The position numbers and the translations under genes were made by a program. From positions 96,001 through 160,000 of the forward strand of contig CBDCCZ010000049.1 of NCBI GenBank assembly GCA_965215005.1: a DNA stretch of 64,000 nt. The letters are read 5' to 3'. Positions within the stretch are counted from its first letter, which is position 1; every line of letters begins with the position of its first letter. Shown here piece after piece: positions 57,329 to 64,000 of the stretch. Source of the DNA: Kofleriaceae bacterium. Its GTDB lineage: Bacteria; Myxococcota_A; Polyangia; Haliangiales; Haliangiaceae. The notes under the pieces were generated by a model that had not been told where the DNA came from, did no database searches, and saw nothing but the letters and a program-made list of their open reading frames with translations.

Positions 57329-58378
57329 CTAGCCACCGATCGCAATCATGTGCTTGGTGGGGCCACCATCCCCCGTTGACTGGAACCGATGCCCCTCGCG
57401 CTTGCCCGTGACCGCGGCGCGAATGGCAGCAGCGAGGTGGGCATTGCTGCCACCTCCGCGCATGACCTCGCGAAGACTGGTGGCATCGTCGTAGGCGAGA
57501 CAGGAATGCAGCTCGCCGGTCGCTGATAGGCGCAGCCGATTGCACGTTGCGCAGAAGTGCTCGGACATCGCCGAGATGATTCCGACGTGTCGCTCGGGTG
57601 CTGAGGCAAGCGCCCAATACCGAGCCGGGCCAACGCTCGCGCTGCGCGGCGTCACTGGCACCAGGCGATCATCGAAGGCAGCTTCGAGCGAGGCCCGAAT
57701 TTCAGCTGCAGTGAGCTGCTGCGACGGCTGGAACAGTGAACCACTGCTCATCGGCATGTGCTCGATGAAGCGAACGACGATGTCGCGCTGCCAAGCAAAC
57801 CGGCACAAATCGGCGAGCTCGCCGTGGTTGATGCCTTGGAGGGCGACGGCATTGAGCTTGACCTCGAGCCCGGCGGCACGCGCGGCATCGATGCCGCGAA
57901 CCACGGTGTCGAGATCACCGCGGCGGGTGAGCTCGCGGAAGCGGTTGGGATCGAGGGTATCGAGCGAGACGTTGACGCCGCGGAGGCCCGCGCGCGCCAG
58001 CGGCTCGGCAAGGCTTGGGAATCGCTCGCCGTTGGAGGTCATCACAACCTCATCGAGGCCAGGAACCTGCGCGAGCATCGCCACCAGGTCGACGACGTCG
58101 GCGCGCACCGTGGGCTCGCCGCCGGTGAGACGCACCCGCCGCACACCGAGCGTCGCGAACAGCGTGACCAACCGTGTGAGCTCCTCGAACGAGAGCAGCT
58201 CAGCGCGGCGGCGAAACTGCATCTCCTCCGGCATGCAGTACGTGCAGCGAAAGTTACAACGGTCGGTAAGCGACACGCGGAGGTACCGAATGCGCCGGGC
58301 GAAGCCATCGGCGAGGGGACCGGTGGCTCGATCAACGGGGGCTGTCGGAGGACCGACGACGGGCAAGAAGACGCGCAA
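57329..58378 (-). CDS. moaA: GTP 3',8-cyclase (molybdenum cofactor biosynthesis)
   Basis: YLRVSLTDRCNFRCTYCMP, RLTGGEP, FCATCNRLR..CL and terminal IGG. Confidence 0.96.
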   Translation of the reverse strand: MRVFLPVVGPPTAPVDRATGPLADGFARRIRYLRVSLTDRCNFRCTYCMPEEMQFRRRAELLSFEELTRLVTLFATLGVRRVRLTGGEPTVRADVVDLVAMLAQVPGLDEVVMTSNGERFPSLAEPLARAGLRGVNVSLDTLDPNRFRELTRRGDLDTVVRGIDAARAAGLEVKLNAVALQGINHGELADLCRFAWQRDIVVRFIEHMPMSSGSLFQPSQQLTAAEIRASLEAAFDDRLVPVTPRSASVGPARYWALASAPERHVGIISAMSEHFCATCNRLRLSATGELHSCLAYDDATSLREVMRGGGSNAHLAAAIRAAVTGKREGHRFQSTGDGGPTKHMIAIGG

Positions 58379-58575
58379 GCAGTGAGAGCTCCAGGGCTGG
58401 GGTATGGCGGGTCGGGGGCACTACGTCAAGAAGTCACACAGGTTACGAAGGTTGGGCTTGCTAATAAACCGTGTGACTGTACCTTTACATCGGCGATTCG
58501 CCTTGACTCGCCTTAGAAAGTATTGCATAGGTCCGCTCGAACCCCATTTTGCTTCCCAAGGAGCACATCTCGCAC

Positions 58576-58917
58576 ATGCAGCAAGCCCAAGTCGCCGCGT
58601 CAAAGTCTTCGCTAGAAGGACTCTGGGTCCTCCTCGTTCACAACGAGGGCCAGCTAACTACGCAGGATCCGGAAGGTCGCGTGCCGATGCTGGCGCGCGC
58701 AGGCAACGAGCAGACCTATCTGCTCGGCTTCAAGAACATGCCGAATGCGCGCAAATTCCTCCAGTCGTCCTCGATTGAGGGTGCGGAGCCGCGCATGGTC
58801 GTCAAAGGCAATAAAGATGAGCTGTTGCGCATCGCGCAGACCGCCGGAGTTACCGGGGTGCTCGTCGACTACGACCCGCTCACCCAGCAGTACGCTACCG
58901 CCGCTGAGCTGTTTTGA
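58576..58917 (+). CDS. Hypothetical protein
   Basis: RBS aaggag and a clean 113-aa ORF divergent from moaA. No recognised motif. Confidence 0.7.
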   Translation: MQQAQVAASKSSLEGLWVLLVHNEGQLTTQDPEGRVPMLARAGNEQTYLLGFKNMPNARKFLQSSSIEGAEPRMVVKGNKDELLRIAQTAGVTGVLVDYDPLTQQYATAAELF

Positions 58918-59167
58918 GAACGGCCGCGCTCCGGCGCGGTCCCCAGAAGCTTGATCCCGGCGCGCTCTCGCTATCATGAGCGCTCGCTTTAGCGCGCCGC
59001 TGCTGGCTCCCCCCGTGGTCGAGCCGCCTAGAGCGCAATCTTCGATGGCTGCGGGTTTGGGAATGCTCGGCGTCCAGCAGCCGCGACTCGGCAGTCTGAG
59101 CGTGTGCCGAGGTTGTCACGTCGACGGCATCGTTTGTCGGCCGCGCCGGCTCACCCTGCCCGCCGGC

Positions 59168-60052
59168 TCATCCGTTGGTGATGACGACCTCGCGGACCGG
59201 GCCGCGCTTGGCGGCGTTGGAGTTGATCGCGCGCGCGCAGTGCACCACTTCGATGCGAAATTCGGCGTAGAGCTCGCGGATGAAAGGCGTATCGCTGTTC
59301 GACGCGATCACCGTGCAGCCGCGGTCATTGAGCCGGCGCGCCAACGCCGCCAGCTGTCGTTGCTGCTCACAACCAAAGCTCTCAGCGGTGTAGCTGGTGA
59401 AGTTCGCGGTTGCCGATACCGGGTGGTACGGCGGGTCGAAGTACACCAGGTCTCCGGGTCCGGCGTCGGCCACGCCATCGACGAACGACTGACCGCGCAG
59501 CTCTGCGCCGCGCAAAACGGTGGCGGCGGCTCGCAGCTGGGCAGCGTCGAAGATGCGCGGATTGCGATAGCTGCCCATCGGCACGTTGAACCCACCGTTG
59601 CGGTTCACTCGCCACAGGCCGTTGTAACAGGTCTTGTTCAGGTAAATGAACGTCGCCGCCCGCCAGTCATCGGTCTCCGTCGACAGCCTGGCGTTCCAGC
59701 GATCGCGCACGGCGTAGAAGTGGTCGCGGCTATGCTGCTCGCGATGCTCTTCGAGCTGCTCGATCACCGCGCTCGTCTGGCTGGCAATCGTCCGGTACAT
59801 GTGGATGAGGTCGCCGTTGGTGTCACACAGCACCGCCTTCGCTGGTGCCAAGTGAAAGAACATCGCCGCCCCTCCTGCGAACGGCTCGAAGTAGCGCCCG
59901 TAGCGGCGCGGCACCCATCGTTGCAACTCGGCGAGCAGCTTGCTCTTGCCGCCGACCCACTTGACGATCGGCGCCGCGGTGACAAGCGGGCGGCGCGTGC
60001 GCAGGGGCGCGCGGGTAGAGCGTAACGAGAGGCGACGAGCGGCATGAGCCAT
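59168..60052 (-). CDS. dam: Dam-family (D12 class) DNA N6-adenine methyltransferase
   Basis: KWVGGK, YFEPFAGG, NKTCYNGLWRVN..FNVP, YFDPPY and SNS. Start is approximate. Confidence 0.92.
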   Translation of the reverse strand: MAHAARRLSLRSTRAPLRTRRPLVTAAPIVKWVGGKSKLLAELQRWVPRRYGRYFEPFAGGAAMFFHLAPAKAVLCDTNGDLIHMYRTIASQTSAVIEQLEEHREQHSRDHFYAVRDRWNARLSTETDDWRAATFIYLNKTCYNGLWRVNRNGGFNVPMGSYRNPRIFDAAQLRAAATVLRGAELRGQSFVDGVADAGPGDLVYFDPPYHPVSATANFTSYTAESFGCEQQRQLAALARRLNDRGCTVIASNSDTPFIRELYAEFRIEVVHCARAINSNAAKRGPVREVVITNG

Positions 60053-60171
60053 GGCATCCATGCTGTCCGCTGCCGATCCCGGGGGCAATTTTTTTGCTAC
60101 GGCCGCCAGCGGAGCAAGCCCGCCCCCGTATCGCGGTGGACAAGCTCCGCATCGAGGCTCCTGGCGGCGGC

Positions 60172-62205
<2,034 letters not shown>

Positions 62206-62317
62206 GTCGCGGCGCACTATACAGCACCGATCCGGTGAAGAGAATGCCGTGTTTCCAAGCTATTAGTTCGCTGGGGCGGCCTTGTAGCACGCGCGGAGCG
62301 TGGGCTAAACTGCCGGC

Positions 62318-63235
62318 ATGTACGCCCGTTCATCGGTCGCGCTGACGGCGGCGATTCTGCTCGCATGGGCGGCCACCGCCAATGCTCAAGACCTCTCCAA
62401 AGCAGACGCCGAAAAGGCTCGCCAGCACTACACAAACGCGCAAGCGGCAATGCAGCAAGGTGACTTCGAGTTCGCCGCGCAGCAGTTCGCCGTGGCTTAC
62501 GATTACACCAAGGATCCAGTGTTGTTCTACTCGATCGCGAGCGCCAACGATCAAGCCGGCGATTGCGAGGCCGCGGTGGTCTACTACGGCCGCTACATCC
62601 GCGAAGCAGCGCCCGCGGACGACGCGCCAGCCGCAACCAAGACACAGTATGAGCAGTATCGCCAGCTCGCCGAGCAGCGACTCGCGGCCTGCCAAGCGAC
62701 CGCGGGCGCGGCTTCCGCAACGGCGCAAGAGCCGTCAGCCGAGACACCAACTTCGGCGGGCGTGACGGAGCCATCCGCCGAGACACCTGCGCCTGCCGCG
62801 AGCTCCGCGGCAACCGCGGGACCTGCAGCACCCGCCGCGGCTCTCGCCCCCGCCCCTTCGTGGCAGCGCAGCGCCGGCTGGATCGCCGTGGGCGGAACCG
62901 TCGCCTTCGCCACGGTTGGCGCCGTGCTCGGTCTCTCGGCCGCGTCTCGCGCGGACGACGTCGAGAACTTGCTCACGTTCCGCGAGGTCGACGGCCAGCC
63001 GGCACGCTACGACGGCACGACCCGAGAGCGCTATGAGGACCTGGTCGACGAGGGCGAGCGCTTCGAAACCTACGCGGCGGTTGCCTTCGGGTTGGCCGGC
63101 GCTGCGGCGGTGAGCGCCACCGTGTTCTTTCTTCTCGACTCGAGCCACGAGTCGGGCGAGGTTGCCCCGCAGCGAACCGTGACACCGACGGTCAGCAATC
63201 GCTCGGTCGGCCTCAGCACTCGCTGGCAGTTCTAG
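62318..63235 (+). CDS. Exported TPR-containing protein with C-terminal hydrophobic helices
   Basis: Signal peptide (ANA), TPR-like helices (A..HY..GDFE.A...F..AY), an Ala/Pro linker and Gly-rich TM-like segments. Confidence 0.75.
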   Translation: MYARSSVALTAAILLAWAATANAQDLSKADAEKARQHYTNAQAAMQQGDFEFAAQQFAVAYDYTKDPVLFYSIASANDQAGDCEAAVVYYGRYIREAAPADDAPAATKTQYEQYRQLAEQRLAACQATAGAASATAQEPSAETPTSAGVTEPSAETPAPAASSAATAGPAAPAAALAPAPSWQRSAGWIAVGGTVAFATVGAVLGLSAASRADDVENLLTFREVDGQPARYDGTTRERYEDLVDEGERFETYAAVAFGLAGAAAVSATVFFLLDSSHESGEVAPQRTVTPTVSNRSVGLSTRWQF

Positions 63236-63274
63236 TCGCTCCCACACCTCTTTCCCCCGCAGAAAAGTAGCATC

Positions 63275-64000
63275 ATGGTTTTCGGCTTGTTCTCCAAGGA
63301 AAGCGCCCTCAAACGCGCCCAGAAGAAGGCCCTCAATCGGCTGGCACAGTCTGCCGACCGCTGGGCCGCGCTCGAGAAGCTTCGTGATGCCGGCGACGAC
63401 GAGTCGCTGATGGCGTTGTGCCGGCGGTTCTCGTTCACCAGCCTCAAGTCGGTGGAGGATGAGCAAGAAAAGGCGTGGGTGGTAGAAAGCCTCAGCGCCA
63501 AAGGCGAGGCAGCACTGCCGGCGCTCAAGCGCTACATGCAAGAAGCAACGTCCGTGGCGTATCCGCTGCGCGTGTTGGAGAACGCGGCCAGCAAGGCGGA
63601 GGCGCTTGCGGTGATCGACGAGCTCATGCTCGCTGAGAAACCCGGCTATACGCGTGATCCCTCCAAGCGAGTCGACTATATCGATTGGCTCGCCGAGTGG
63701 CAGCCAGCAACCAACGACGAGGTCGCCGAGCGGGTGATTCCGTACCTCGCGGACTACGACGAGAACGTCCGCTACGCGGCGGTCGAGGCGATCGCCCACC
63801 GGCCCACGCCGAAGGCCACACCGGCGCTGCTCGACGCGCTGGTTCGGCAAGAGGAGGAGTCCAAGCGACTGCAAATTCGTATCGCTGAGGTCCTTTCAGA
63901 CATCGAGAGTCCGCTTGGCGAGCAAAAAAAAGCTGTTCAGCCGCTGCTCGAGGACGTTCTCGGTGGTTTTCGACTTCACCGCGACAAGCTGGTGCGCAAA
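63275..64000 (+). CDS. HEAT-repeat protein (runs off the window end)
   Basis: Open frame from ATG 63275 (MVFGLFSKESALKRAQKKALNRLAQSADRWAALEKL...) to the end. HEAT-like PYLADYDENVRYAAVEAI. Confidence 0.8.
   Translation, partial: MVFGLFSKESALKRAQKKALNRLAQSADRWAALEKLRDAGDDESLMALCRRFSFTSLKSVEDEQEKAWVVESLSAKGEAALPALKRYMQEATSVAYPLRVLENAASKAEALAVIDELMLAEKPGYTRDPSKRVDYIDWLAEWQPATNDEVAERVIPYLADYDENVRYAAVEAIAHRPTPKATPALLDALVRQEEESKRLQIRIAEVLSDIESPLGEQKKAVQPLLEDVLGGFRLHRDKLVRK

Overview
High-GC bacterial chromosomal segment, most likely from a myxobacterium (inferred from MYXO-CTERM and Cys-rich-repeat proteases, several Hanks-type Ser/Thr kinases, TonB C-terminal proteins and a CxxxY-type CcmE). Housekeeping genes: gcvT/gcvH, tesB, serA, glpX, hom, eno, recQ, moaA, an acyl-CoA dehydrogenase and a divergent second fusA. 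Other content: tRNA-Sec (selC, 6534-6633) followed by a lone YhcG/DUF1016 gene; a lipoprotein with all three serine penicillin-recognising motifs plus a Cys-rich double repeat; three secreted metalloproteases, each behind a sigma54-like element; a Fur-box-preceded imelysin / di-haem / imelysin / HTTM (gamma-carboxylase-like) operon; a baeRF10-like release factor; an expanded variant ccm cluster; and an orphan Dam-family methylase. Fourteen single-base insertions cluster at about 48.0-56.0 kb and two single-base deletions lie at about 23878 and 32839. These are most likely sequencing errors rather than real pseudogenes. No CRISPR array, rRNA or transposase was seen. All family calls come from motif recognition by eye, not database searches.
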